Positions 28,775-37,674 of a stretch of 46,501 nucleotides of DNA are shown one piece after another (positions within the stretch are counted from its first letter, which is position 1; each line of letters begins with the position of its first letter). The stretch lies in the IMG/VR virus record IMGVR_UViG_3300005512_000063, positions 1 through 46,501 of that record; one strand, 5' to 3'. A program made the position numbers and the translations under genes. This DNA comes from a virus. Lineage: Duplodnaviria; Caudoviricetes. The notes beneath the pieces were generated by a model, which was not told the origin of the DNA, searched no databases, and saw only the letters and a list, made by a program, of their open reading frames with translations.

Positions 28775-29134
28775 ATGCTAAGTGGCGACGAGAATCAGGT
28801 TTACGGGTACGACCCCTTTAATCCCGGTATGCCCGGGGGATCGGGATCAGTGGTAGTTGTTCCGAGTAACGGAACGGCGGAGTGTGGTTATAATACCAGC
28901 GGTCTCCAGGGGCTAACACACTCGAGTTTTGGTGTATTCCCAGATACAACGGCTTATAAACAATCCGCCAGTGAACTTAGGCAATATATCATAAACCTCG
29001 AAGCGACTAGAAGACTTCGCGACCTCGCTGACATCAACTTTACTCGTTCCCCTATGCCCGGGGACATCATGGCTTATAACCACACTACAGGCCTATGGGA
29101 GCTCTTGGACTTCGTATCAGGAGGGGAGTTCTAG
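28775..29134 (+). CDS. Hypothetical (structural) protein
   Basis: 119 aa with a GAGGA RBS. The ending LRDLADI...PGDIMAYNHTTGLW resembles fibre repeats. Confidence 0.6.
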   Translation: MLSGDENQVYGYDPFNPGMPGGSGSVVVVPSNGTAECGYNTSGLQGLTHSSFGVFPDTTAYKQSASELRQYIINLEATRRLRDLADINFTRSPMPGDIMAYNHTTGLWELLDFVSGGEF

Positions 29135-29506
29135 AGCTTCCCAAGAACCATCGTCGGTAGAGTAGTAAACATTCTTCAACCCATACTCTGCTATAGCAAG
29201 TTGACAGACGGAACAGGGCTTAGAGAGACGGAATTTACCAGACTTATCTAGTCTGCCTACTACCAGTGTGTCGCAAACCTCCTTCGCCCTCAACAACGCT
29301 CTTATCTCCGCGTGCAGAGACCGACGATAGGGTTCACCGGCCATATCTGCTAAGCGGGACTGAAAGGGGTGTGTTTTCCCCTCCATATTGGGGGCGCTAA
29401 CAACGAGACGGCTCTTGCGGAAGAGAAGGCAACCTACACGTCTTCTACTAGTAGACGACAAAGCGACACTTCTTACCTGATCTTCAACCCTGCTGTCAAT
29501 TTTCAA
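29117..29506 (-). CDS. Cytidine/deoxycytidylate deaminase-family protein
   Basis: Zn-binding LHAE...SKPCSVC motifs. Confidence 0.8.
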   Translation of the reverse strand: MKIDSRVEDQVRSVALSSTSRRRVGCLLFRKSRLVVSAPNMEGKTHPFQSRLADMAGEPYRRSLHAEIRALLRAKEVCDTLVVGRLDKSGKFRLSKPCSVCQLAIAEYGLKNVYYSTDDGSWEALELPS

Positions 29507-29714
29507 GCTCCTTGGCCTTCTTCATACAAGCATCTCCCCAGCTTAACACATCTTGCTCCCTGAAATACTTCGAGACCGGGACTTCCTGATCCAAAACCCT
29601 TTCGCCACTGTCTAGACGCTCCATGCGCAAATAGCCATAAGTATCCGTCTGCATGAGTACATAGCAGCGATAGGTGTTGTCTAAAGTGTTTTCCCAAGTA
29701 ATTTTGTCGGGCAT
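29496..29714 (-). CDS. Hypothetical protein
   Basis: Likely start ATG 29714 (MPDKITW), downstream of TGCTACAAT at 29752-29760. Confidence 0.55.
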   Translation of the reverse strand: MPDKITWENTLDNTYRCYVLMQTDTYGYLRMERLDSGERVLDQEVPVSKYFREQDVLSWGDACMKKAKELEN

Positions 29715-29859
29715 GGCGAGGAAAAGAAGGTGTTTTAGGGCGAACCCTATTATTGTAGCAAGAAGACCTAAGAGAGGCAAGGTTAAAAGAATCGATAGAA
29801 TTACCGACTCAAAACTCACAGAATCCGTTGAAAGCTATTAAGACGTTAACATACCCCTA

Positions 29860-30810
29860 ATGCTCCTCGAGATCGAGAATCAGCTCTATCGTCGTGTCCA
29901 TGGGACTTTGGGCCAAAGCGCTGTGGTCCTAAGGCTCGCGGAAGAGCTCGACCAGTCAGGTCGAGTAGCTGAAGGGGCAATGATAATCGTCGCGTTTACA
30001 AACGGCAATACAGATAACCCTAATAAGGGGGCTTATATACCTACTGTTAGAAAACGTTCATTAAACTACACTCTTACTCTCGTACAAAAGCAGGCACAGA
30101 GGGAAGGACATTCCTTCTGTCTGCCTATTCTCGACTTGTTGGCAGATTCTATAACCGGGTGGGTACCTGAGATACCAGGTTTAGAATTCCAAACCGGCTT
30201 CGAATTGGGTTCAGAGCGTTTCGTTCAAGTAACAAAAGAAGCTAGTCAATTTATCTACGAGCAGTCATACAGCATTGAGGTGTTAATACCGGATGGGAGA
30301 TTTTACTCTCAACCCTGCGCAGCATTCGATCCTGTAGAAGTAGCAGACTTCCTACCTGTCCGTAAATGCCTGGTTACCCCGGGATCAGAGAGTCGTCAGA
30401 CCGGCCTTGCTGTATGGCGACGTACGGTCGGAGAGGGAGAAGTCCAGAAGTATGTGGTCGAAGATAACCGGTGTGGGAGATTGACAGGTGACAACCTGTA
30501 CGTCCAGTGTACTGGAGAAGAAGGGTCTGGAAACGCGACCTACGAGTTTATACCTATCACCGCTATTGGAACGGATGGTACCATAGACAGCAGCAAAGTT
30601 GTGACTGGAACTCTTACTAATGTGTGGAAGTGTACGAGGGAGGGTATAGAATCCGAAGAGAACATACCGCCATGGTTTAAATTAAATATAGAAATGGGGC
30701 TGTGGAGAAACAGCATAGGAACCTTACCCAACACAGAGGCAGAAACAAGCGCTTATCAGGTTATAACACAGGATTTAAATAGACAGTATAATGAGGATAC
30801 TGCCACGTAA
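29860..30810 (+). CDS. Putative tail terminator/completion protein (Mu gp37-like) with a C-terminal extension
   Basis: MLLEIENQLYRRV...LDLLADSITGWVP pattern. Late motif at 29827-29836. Confidence 0.55.
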   Translation: MLLEIENQLYRRVHGTLGQSAVVLRLAEELDQSGRVAEGAMIIVAFTNGNTDNPNKGAYIPTVRKRSLNYTLTLVQKQAQREGHSFCLPILDLLADSITGWVPEIPGLEFQTGFELGSERFVQVTKEASQFIYEQSYSIEVLIPDGRFYSQPCAAFDPVEVADFLPVRKCLVTPGSESRQTGLAVWRRTVGEGEVQKYVVEDNRCGRLTGDNLYVQCTGEEGSGNATYEFIPITAIGTDGTIDSSKVVTGTLTNVWKCTREGIESEENIPPWFKLNIEMGLWRNSIGTLPNTEAETSAYQVITQDLNRQYNEDTAT

Positions 30811-30850
30811 GTAATCCTTCTCTACCCCCTCCTCCCCCCCCCTATCCGCC

Positions 30851-31264
30851 ATGGAAACCGAATTCATCGACGCTTTAACAGCACAGTACAGTCTCGCCGG
30901 AGCAGCTCAGCTCGCCCACTGGAACTCAGTGGGAGAAAATTTCTACTCCTTTCACCTCCTGTTTATGAGAATTTACGAGATGGTGGAAGAAAAAATTGAC
31001 AACCTTGCCGAGCAGGCAAGAGGCAAGGGTGTTGAGATTCCTGCTAAAATCTTTAGCAGTGTCCCCGAGATTGAATGGGACGATTGTAGTGAGTTAGCTA
31101 AAGAAGTTCTTGAGGTCTGTGAAGAGCTATGCGATGCTCTAGATAAACTACACAAAAAAGCTGACGAAAAAGCTGAGTACGGTGTTCTTAATGTAGTCGA
31201 AGACATCATGTCCGATTGTAACACAGTGAAGTACCTGCTCAGCTCTATTGTTAACAAAATCTAA
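30851..31264 (+). CDS. Dps/ferritin-like protein
   Basis: AHWNSVGENFYSFHLLF..IY.....IDNLAEQ matches the Dps ferroxidase signature. Confidence 0.85.
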   Translation: METEFIDALTAQYSLAGAAQLAHWNSVGENFYSFHLLFMRIYEMVEEKIDNLAEQARGKGVEIPAKIFSSVPEIEWDDCSELAKEVLEVCEELCDALDKLHKKADEKAEYGVLNVVEDIMSDCNTVKYLLSSIVNKI

Positions 31265-31584
31265 AGGATTGTGTAACAGACGGGAATTAGCCCGGAGTTA
31301 GGAGAACCGATCTTGATGAAAGCGCCGTAGGACAGATCGAGGATACGTCCTCTACCACTATACGGCCCCCTATCGTTGACTCTCACAACCACGGACCTCT
31401 TACTCCTCCTATTAGTGACCCTGACCCTAGTCCCCATAGGTAACTTCCTATGCGCTGTGGTCAACTCGCCGGGGCGCATAACCTCACCAGAAGCAGTGAT
31501 TTGCCCTGCAAATCCATCGCCCCTACCATAATACGAAGCGATACCGCACTGTGTCGCGGCTACAAGTTCTGCTAGAAAAATCAA
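31261..31584 (-). CDS. RlpA-like (double-psi beta-barrel) lytic transglycosylase
   Basis: GIASYYG...TASGE...TAHRKLPMGTRVRVTN...VVVRVNDRGPY...LDLSYGAF. Confidence 0.9.
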   Translation of the reverse strand: MIFLAELVAATQCGIASYYGRGDGFAGQITASGEVMRPGELTTAHRKLPMGTRVRVTNRRSKRSVVVRVNDRGPYSGRGRILDLSYGAFIKIGSPNSGLIPVCYTIL

Positions 31585-34331
31585 ACCGGGGGGGATTCTA
31601 AACTTCTCAGAGAGTTTAGCACAGGGACGAGGCTTGTAATCGTATGAGCACGACCGTCTGGTTCTCTGGCAGGCTGAGAGACGGTCACCGTACTCGCCGT
31701 GGCCGACTTTCTAAAAATCTTATCGATCTCGATACTACTGAACCAGGCATTGGCATGTGGCATCTCGCAGATCCCGTAGTTGTAACGCAACCACGCCCAG
31801 GACCATAGATGGGCGACTTGATACAGCGCAGCGACGACATCGGCGTCCTCTTCATGACACATATAAAGGACACTGTCATGCACTGACATGCAAAACCTAG
31901 CCTTTACACCATATCTCTGAGTCAAATACTCCATTGCTGTTAGGAAAGCATGGAGCATTGCACTTCCGGTGGACTGGATAACCCAATTATTCCTCATTGT
32001 AAAGAAATCTTTTCCTACATTTTGAGGGCGAAAAGCAGTGGACATTTTTGTGCCGCTTAGGGGATTTCTAGGAATCTCAGAGTTGGCGATTCTGGACATC
32101 TCGTTATAAGCGAAGGAATCACTACCGCCTATTAAATTGCCAGAGTGATCACTGGCTTTCTTCCCCTTTTTCCTGGCTATCAAAGTCTTCCCCATCTCTT
32201 CTGCATCTTTCACGCTAATACTCTTATTACCTTTTCTAATCGTAGCGGCTAGAGTTTTTACTCCTGAACCATAAAGCATGCCATAATTGCATCCCTTAGC
32301 GATAGATCGGGAAATTCCGATCGTCTTCGCTGTCATAGTGTGCATGTCAGTTCCGTCTTCCTTCGATCCAGCAAGAACACTGTGACCGAACTGAGTGCTG
32401 CCAGCTATCTTATGTTCCGAGTCAGCAAAGATTGAAGCGACTACTGATTCTTGCCCGTCGTAGTCGGAGGATACAAAGGTCCAGGGAGAACTGACCTGGA
32501 CCCTAGTCTTCACTTCAGTCCCGATCTTATCGGGTTTGGGGTCGGGTACCGTGAGCCAGAGGTGCTCACCGGCCCTGTTAGTAGCGGTATTGTGAGGGAT
32601 GGTCTGAGGGACTATCACGGTTAGATCGGAGTCTAAAGAGGGTAGAGGCAACTGCTCTTTTACCCTACTGCGGACAGAGGTCCAGTAGGATACCTTAACA
32701 GCCAATTGAATTAGCTCTTGGGCCTGAGGCAAATCGCTGGACAAGACTCCTGATTCAAAATCGTCGATATAATCTTTACTAAGTACTCCGCCCACATTAA
32801 GTCCTTCCCCGTTGGGATGGGGGACTCGCACATACTCAGACTTTTCCACATCGAGATATGTCCACCCCTTTGTGCTATTGTAAATAATTGGCTGGCCGTT
32901 CCACTTTAACCTTAACAAGATGTGGCTAAGCCTACTCTTTGTAGTGATAGGCTCTAGAACAATTTTCCCCAGCTCTTTGTTATTCTTGGCATTTTTTCTA
33001 TACCACATAGGTATTCCGTACCAAACCGATTTAGGCTGTCCGTTCTTTTTAAGATCATAATTAGCCTCCCAGTCTAGCTGAGAGAGCCAGGGGTCGGATT
33101 TCACATCGATTTCGTCATTCTTCCAGTCTTCCAACAACTGTTCTGCCAAGCTGCTAAGGAGTTCGTTCTGTCTATCTACAGCCTCAGACCAGATCTTTTC
33201 ACATCCATCCACCCAATCTTTCCACCCCGGGGTTACCGGTAGGATCGAAGATGTCTGAGCAAAATGACCGTAGAGGGTTGTCAAAGAGGGATTAGATTGC
33301 AGGTATTTAACAACGAGGACGGAATACAATTCATGAGTGACCTTCACATCTCTTAGAGCGTAAGAGACAAGTTCTTCCCTGTCGGGGACAAAATCAGACA
33401 TCGAGTCGGCCACGACGAAGAGGTTTCGAGTCTTCTTAGACTCTTTTTCCATTCTAACCACAGGACAGCAGTGGAAGTTATACGCATCGACTAGATTATT
33501 CATAGACCCTTTGTCTGCCCATTTAGGCGGAGTTTTACTCTCAAACCTGTTAGTATCTGCGCTCTGGCTAAACCAAAATCTCTGATCAGAAGCGAGGCCG
33601 GAGATGTTTATATGGGCGGACAGTGTGTCGAACCAGAGGTTTCCGAAGGGTTTGTTTGGATTAAAAGGATCGTGCTTGAGATAGTAAGCTTCCTCTGTCC
33701 TCTGCCTGTCAAATCCCACATTGTGAGCGATTAGTATGGAATTAGTAGTGCCGAGGGGTACTAGTTGAGGTACGTAAGGTATTTCGGGGTCTACAAAAGA
33801 CTCATGCATCCAAATCCAGTATGATCCTGGAGAAAATGCCGTAGCGAGAATGGGATGCCCAAAGTCTGTGCCTCTTACGAAAGTTTCGCAGTCAAAAATA
33901 GCGATATCTACTCCGCTTAAGCCTTTTTCTCCTCTGATTTCCACATCCCATTCACACTGGTCATCACACCAGGTATAGCGTACCCATCCAGATTCGTACA
34001 CTATATCTGAAGGGTCCGGTATGTCTAGGGTGTCGGTATCAGAGAATCTGCGAAGAGTTTTTACTTTCTCGGACAGCAAATCCTTGCTTATTTTATCAAA
34101 ATGTTTTGATATACCAGAGTCTTCCAGATTTGGGAGATAAAAGTCAGATAGTTCTGTAAAAGACTTAGGGTTTTTAATTGGAAACTCTACCCCAAACTTC
34201 TCCATATCATCGATGATATGGTTTACTTCTGCCTGATCGGGGCAGTAAGAGTCTACAGCCTCTTCTCCGTACACGGTCCTGGTCATCTCAGGACTGAGGA
34301 CAGAGTAGCCTAGGGGATTAAAGTGACCCAT
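31581..34331 (-). CDS. Family A DNA polymerase, mitochondrial Pol-gamma-like
   Basis: Exonuclease motifs FDCET, AHNVGFDR, YALRDV. Polymerase motifs DYDGQE, KGCNYGMLYG, SVHD. Pol-gamma-type blocks DPWLSQLDW, PHPNG...NVG, GTDMH and RNNWVIQS. Confidence 0.93.
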   Translation of the reverse strand: MGHFNPLGYSVLSPEMTRTVYGEEAVDSYCPDQAEVNHIIDDMEKFGVEFPIKNPKSFTELSDFYLPNLEDSGISKHFDKISKDLLSEKVKTLRRFSDTDTLDIPDPSDIVYESGWVRYTWCDDQCEWDVEIRGEKGLSGVDIAIFDCETFVRGTDFGHPILATAFSPGSYWIWMHESFVDPEIPYVPQLVPLGTTNSILIAHNVGFDRQRTEEAYYLKHDPFNPNKPFGNLWFDTLSAHINISGLASDQRFWFSQSADTNRFESKTPPKWADKGSMNNLVDAYNFHCCPVVRMEKESKKTRNLFVVADSMSDFVPDREELVSYALRDVKVTHELYSVLVVKYLQSNPSLTTLYGHFAQTSSILPVTPGWKDWVDGCEKIWSEAVDRQNELLSSLAEQLLEDWKNDEIDVKSDPWLSQLDWEANYDLKKNGQPKSVWYGIPMWYRKNAKNNKELGKIVLEPITTKSRLSHILLRLKWNGQPIIYNSTKGWTYLDVEKSEYVRVPHPNGEGLNVGGVLSKDYIDDFESGVLSSDLPQAQELIQLAVKVSYWTSVRSRVKEQLPLPSLDSDLTVIVPQTIPHNTATNRAGEHLWLTVPDPKPDKIGTEVKTRVQVSSPWTFVSSDYDGQESVVASIFADSEHKIAGSTQFGHSVLAGSKEDGTDMHTMTAKTIGISRSIAKGCNYGMLYGSGVKTLAATIRKGNKSISVKDAEEMGKTLIARKKGKKASDHSGNLIGGSDSFAYNEMSRIANSEIPRNPLSGTKMSTAFRPQNVGKDFFTMRNNWVIQSTGSAMLHAFLTAMEYLTQRYGVKARFCMSVHDSVLYMCHEEDADVVAALYQVAHLWSWAWLRYNYGICEMPHANAWFSSIEIDKIFRKSATASTVTVSQPAREPDGRAHTITSLVPVLNSLRSLESPPV

Positions 34332-34352
34332 ACCGATCCATAGAGACCCAAG

Positions 34353-35000
34353 TCAATAGTATATCACAGTCTCGTCCCGATCGCTGTAGTACACCGATGT
34401 GGTCTCGAGATTAGTCCCATCTAAGATATGGACATTTTGATGGTGATATGGTAATCCGTAATGCCCGAAGAAATACTGATAGGCAGGGTGGATCATGTGT
34501 TTTGACAAATCTTCATCCTTATACCAGGGGTACCCCGGCCCAAAGATAACCGTATCCCTCGTTACATTTTGTCCGTTGTGGGGGTAATAGGCATGGGCTA
34601 GCCTGAAGTTGCCAGGGAGCTCGAGACTCAGAGGTGCGCTAGATAACATAGAGATATAGTGCAATCTCTCTGACATCTCAAGGGATTTTAAGCACTCCAG
34701 GGTATAAAGTAGCTCTTTTTTCTTTATCTTTTTTTCTGGCATTATTAAACTTCTTAATACATAGTTTTCGTTATTCCCCAGTATCAAGGTACCCTTACCT
34801 CTTTCTATGAGATTCGAGGTCATTCTGAGTATTTTAAGGGGAGAACTGGGCTTATGTCTCTTAAAAAAAGGTTTGTGGTGTAATATATCTCCTAAAAGGA
34901 CATAATGGTACTTTTTACTTTTATCTCTGTCTAAAATACCCTGTAGGAGCCTGTATCTGCCGTGCAGGTCTCCTACAAAGGCATAAGGACCTTCGATCAC
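34353..35000 (-). CDS. Metallophosphoesterase (Ser/Thr phosphatase-like)
   Basis: GDLHG, LGDILH, LGNNE, LAHA and FGH motifs. Likely GTG start at 35000, overlapping the upstream TGA. Confidence 0.8.
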   Translation of the reverse strand: MIEGPYAFVGDLHGRYRLLQGILDRDKSKKYHYVLLGDILHHKPFFKRHKPSSPLKILRMTSNLIERGKGTLILGNNENYVLRSLIMPEKKIKKKELLYTLECLKSLEMSERLHYISMLSSAPLSLELPGNFRLAHAYYPHNGQNVTRDTVIFGPGYPWYKDEDLSKHMIHPAYQYFFGHYGLPYHHQNVHILDGTNLETTSVYYSDRDETVIYY

Positions 35001-35110
35001 ACTTCGTACATCCTTGCCTCTGGAGCCCACGGATTTTCCTCTAGATATTTCTTAAACGCCATTGTAGGACAGTGGTCAGGGCAGAACAAGGCTTTTAGAA
35101 TGCGTAACAC
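34997..35110 (-). CDS. CP12 C-terminus-like microprotein (37 aa)
   Basis: Hand translation MLRILKALFCPDHCPTMAFKKYLEENPWAPEARMYEV*. GTGA coupling to the next gene. Too short for the ORF track. Confidence 0.55.
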   Translation of the reverse strand: MLRILKALFCPDHCPTMAFKKYLEENPWAPEARMYEV

Positions 35111-35117
35111 GGGGTGA

Positions 35118-35273
35118 TTAATGCAAGGTGCACTGAGTAGAGCTTAGTACAGTAAGCGAGTTTCGATCGGAAATATCTTGAACCCACCACATTGCATAAT
35201 GACCCGGAAAGTCAGCTATCGTATGTAGTACACGATACACTTTATTGCGGAAAATAACTATTCGACCACGCAT
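35118..35273 (-). CDS. Small hypothetical protein
   Basis: MRGRIVIFRNKVYRV... fills the gap in a minus-strand gene run. Confidence 0.45.
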   Translation of the reverse strand: MRGRIVIFRNKVYRVLHTIADFPGHYAMWWVQDISDRNSLTVLSSTQCTLH

Positions 35274-35673
35274 ACTCGTACCGGGGTGTCCTGGGGGAAG
35301 GGAAGACAAAATCAGAAAGTTCTATCTGACTCAGGAGCACTGAACTCAGAGCAGCCATACCCAGTCCCATCCAAAAAAATCTATTGGTTCGGCTAAAAGC
35401 TTCAGATAGGGTTTTGATCTCTTGACTAAGATCTGTCTTAGCTTTTTCTATATTTTTTAGAGAATCACTGCTATCTTCAGCAACTTTTTCGATTCTCTCG
35501 TCATGACGAATCAGAATCTGAGATATATTATTGTTGGATTCTGATATTTTTTCTACAGCCTGCTCTAGTTTATAGAGCATTTGTTTACTTACTTCGTCGT
35601 AAGCTGATAATCTCTCTTCGAGAAGAGATACCCTTGTCTTAAAGGGTACCTCCTGAGAACCAAAGACAGGCAT
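35242..35673 (-). CDS. Coiled-coil protein with a C-terminal transmembrane helix
   Basis: Heptad-like region followed by FFWMGLGMAALSSVLL. ATG 35673 lies 42 nt after the motif at 35706-35715. Confidence 0.65.
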   Translation of the reverse strand: MPVFGSQEVPFKTRVSLLEERLSAYDEVSKQMLYKLEQAVEKISESNNNISQILIRHDERIEKVAEDSSDSLKNIEKAKTDLSQEIKTLSEAFSRTNRFFWMGLGMAALSSVLLSQIELSDFVFPSPRTPRYEYAWSNSYFPQ

Positions 35674-35714
35674 GATGATATCTAATTGAAAAAGTGTTTC
35701 CAATTAGCTTTCAA

Positions 35715-35828
35715 CTACCAGACTCCTGGAATTACCTGCCCAGTGACGGCGTAAGCACCGATAGCTGCGACAAGGCCTAGTAGAGCTAGGCGTGAGTTCC
35801 AAAGTTCTACGGATTTGGGTGGAGGCAT
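35715..35828 (-). CDS. hli: High-light-inducible protein (one-helix CAB/ELIP/HLIP family)
   Basis: Hand translation MPPPKSVELWNSRLALLGLVAAIGAYAVTGQVIPGVW*, with the ExxNxR motif and TGQxIPGxW tail. Confidence 0.9.
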   Translation of the reverse strand: MPPPKSVELWNSRLALLGLVAAIGAYAVTGQVIPGVW

Positions 35829-35876
35829 AGGGATTCTTAGTAATTAACGAAGAGCTGAAGTCTTCTTACTATTCTT

Positions 35877-35978
35877 TCAACGGGTTTTTAGAGATTTGAG
35901 AGAGTGTACGTACTCTTTGTTCTTTTTTTCCTGCTGTTTTTTCTTAGAGGAGTGGTAGATGAGAAATGTAGGTTCCAT
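35877..35978 (-). CDS. Small basic hypothetical peptide (33 aa)
   Basis: MEPTFLIYHSSKKKQQEKKNKEYVHSLKSLKTR*. ATG lies 33 nt after the motif at 36002-36011. Confidence 0.4.
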   Translation of the reverse strand: MEPTFLIYHSSKKKQQEKKNKEYVHSLKSLKTR

Positions 35979-36017
35979 GGGTACCTGAGTTAATTACAAT
36001 TAGCTTTCAACAAAAAG

Positions 36018-36108
36018 TAGGGGCACTGGGACTCGAACCCAGACCTCGCGCTAATCTGGCGCTAATACGGAGTATAAGACCGCTGTTCTGCCATTGAACT
36101 ATGCCCCC
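36018..36108 (-). tRNA. tRNA-Ile(UAU)-like, with a long variable arm
   Basis: GGGGGCA/TGCCCCT acceptor, GTTC/GAAC D-stem, anticodon loop CT-TAT-AC, 24-nt variable region with a GCGC/GCGC stem, CTGGG-TTCGAGT-CCCAG T-arm. Confidence 0.8.
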
Positions 36109-36123
36109 CTCTGAGCTACTCCC

Positions 36124-36453
36124 TCATCTTAGCACATCCTGATAGGTTGTGCGGCCAGAGGAAAAAAACTCGACGAGAGATGATACTACGTGGTCGGTAT
36201 CCACATCGCCGCAGGTGAAGATATCTACAGCCGCGCTTTGATACTCCGGCCAAGTATGGATAGAAAAATGTGAGGTAGTAAGAAGAGAGATTAAGGTGTA
36301 CCCTTGTGGCTGAAACTGGTACTCCATGGTGTCGACCACCTCGGCCCCCGAGGCTGCGAGTAGCAGACAGATATGGTCCCTGAACTCCTTGACGGTTCTA
36401 AGACGCCCCACATTAGCGCAGTCGTATAGGTTTAACAGGACGTGGTGCCCCAT
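36124..36453 (-). CDS. speD: S-adenosylmethionine decarboxylase proenzyme-like protein
   Basis: MGHHVL..LYDC...QFQPQG...SHFSIHTWPE...AVDIFTCG. Start reassigned to ATG 36453. Confidence 0.85.
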   Translation of the reverse strand: MGHHVLLNLYDCANVGRLRTVKEFRDHICLLLAASGAEVVDTMEYQFQPQGYTLISLLTTSHFSIHTWPEYQSAAVDIFTCGDVDTDHVVSSLVEFFSSGRTTYQDVLR

Positions 36454-36454
36454 A

Positions 36455-37276
36455 CTAGGTGTTAGGTTCAAGGTTCGCAACTAAGTAGACCTCGGTTACC
36501 GGAGGATTCTTACTTGCTTTCACCTCTTTGTAGTAATAAGATCTGAACAAGCTACTGTCGAACTGATCGGTCAACTCTGACCTTTTTCTGCCCCATTTTT
36601 CATACACAGAGCTGATGCAGATCTTATAGCCCATCTGTGCTAGTTCGGTTAAGTCCTTTAAATAGTGTTTAAATTTTCTTTTGGTCCAGAAGTAACCACA
36701 GCCGTAAGAGGCGAATTGGCCAGGGATATGAAAATATATAACAGAATTATCGCCTAACTCGGAGGTAGGAAAATTATAGATATTTCTCTTCCTATACTTA
36801 ATAACCTTATCTTTTTGGAGGTTAGACCAGCTCTTTATGGCCTCGTAATTAGGGGTAAGAGGATTATGTTCTCCTACCATCTTCCATTTATCATAACTGA
36901 CATTAAAACTACTCATTGACAATATACAGTAGTACCTAGACATATCTTCCCAGGTATTTAAATGCTTGGGACGAGAAAAGTTGTTATATGATGATAGCCA
37001 GGAGCATCTTGCTTGCCAATTTAAGCCGTTGTCAAAGGTGTTCTCCCACATATCTCTTATATAGATGGAGGAGGGGGGCACAGCTAGGAACTTATGTAAC
37101 TCGAGATGATATCTTTCGGTGGAGCAGATAATTAAGTTGTCCGATCCGCTTGCATAGGGTAAATCTCCTGATCCCACATCGAGAGTTAGGATTTTCTTTT
37201 CAGAAAAGGAGCTAAAATCGGACAAAAACTGCTCATGAGTCTTTGTCCCCCTGCCCGGACACAGTAACACGGTCAT
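36455..37276 (-). CDS. Degenerate Dam-like (D12-class) methyltransferase-fold protein
   Basis: Layout resembles Dam (DVGSG; SVIYFHIP; L..L...GYKICISS; EVYLVAN), but DPPY is absent. Confidence 0.45.
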   Translation of the reverse strand: MTVLLCPGRGTKTHEQFLSDFSSFSEKKILTLDVGSGDLPYASGSDNLIICSTERYHLELHKFLAVPPSSIYIRDMWENTFDNGLNWQARCSWLSSYNNFSRPKHLNTWEDMSRYYCILSMSSFNVSYDKWKMVGEHNPLTPNYEAIKSWSNLQKDKVIKYRKRNIYNFPTSELGDNSVIYFHIPGQFASYGCGYFWTKRKFKHYLKDLTELAQMGYKICISSVYEKWGRKRSELTDQFDSSLFRSYYYKEVKASKNPPVTEVYLVANLEPNT

Positions 37277-37674
37277 TTTGTCTTAAATTTTCTCCAATTT
37301 TTGCCAGTATAGTAAGAAATTAACTCATTTGAGAATATTCTTACCGTTCCGGGCTTAATCCCCAGCCATCTCTTTTTACTCCCCTCTTCAAACATCTTTT
37401 TTAACTTGTATTCCATGTCTTCCCCCGAAGATGTCACATGTTTTTCTACTTTTTTAAGTATTTCCACTAAATCGCTGTTTCTAATTTTAACAAACAACAG
37501 GGAACTTGAAAAATCTATAGTACTTCTTTTCTTGAAAGAGATAGATATATAAGAAGACGGATCTAGTTTAGAATAAAGCTCTAATTCGTTTATTTTTACC
37601 TCAAAGTACTCGTCCGAGCTAACACGGTGTCTGATAATGCGGGAAGAGGAACCCTCTAATGTACTCATTTGCAA
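37273..37674 (-). CDS. Hypothetical protein
   Basis: 133 aa, with a 4-nt overlap with the downstream gene. Confidence 0.55.
   Translation of the reverse strand: MQMSTLEGSSSRIIRHRVSSDEYFEVKINELELYSKLDPSSYISISFKKRSTIDFSSSLLFVKIRNSDLVEILKKVEKHVTSSGEDMEYKLKKMFEEGSKKRWLGIKPGTVRIFSNELISYYTGKNWRKFKTK

Noticed and set aside
29496-29819. Hydrophobic N-terminal extension suggesting a membrane protein
   Set aside because: The extension spans an extended -10 element, so ATG 29714 is the more plausible start.
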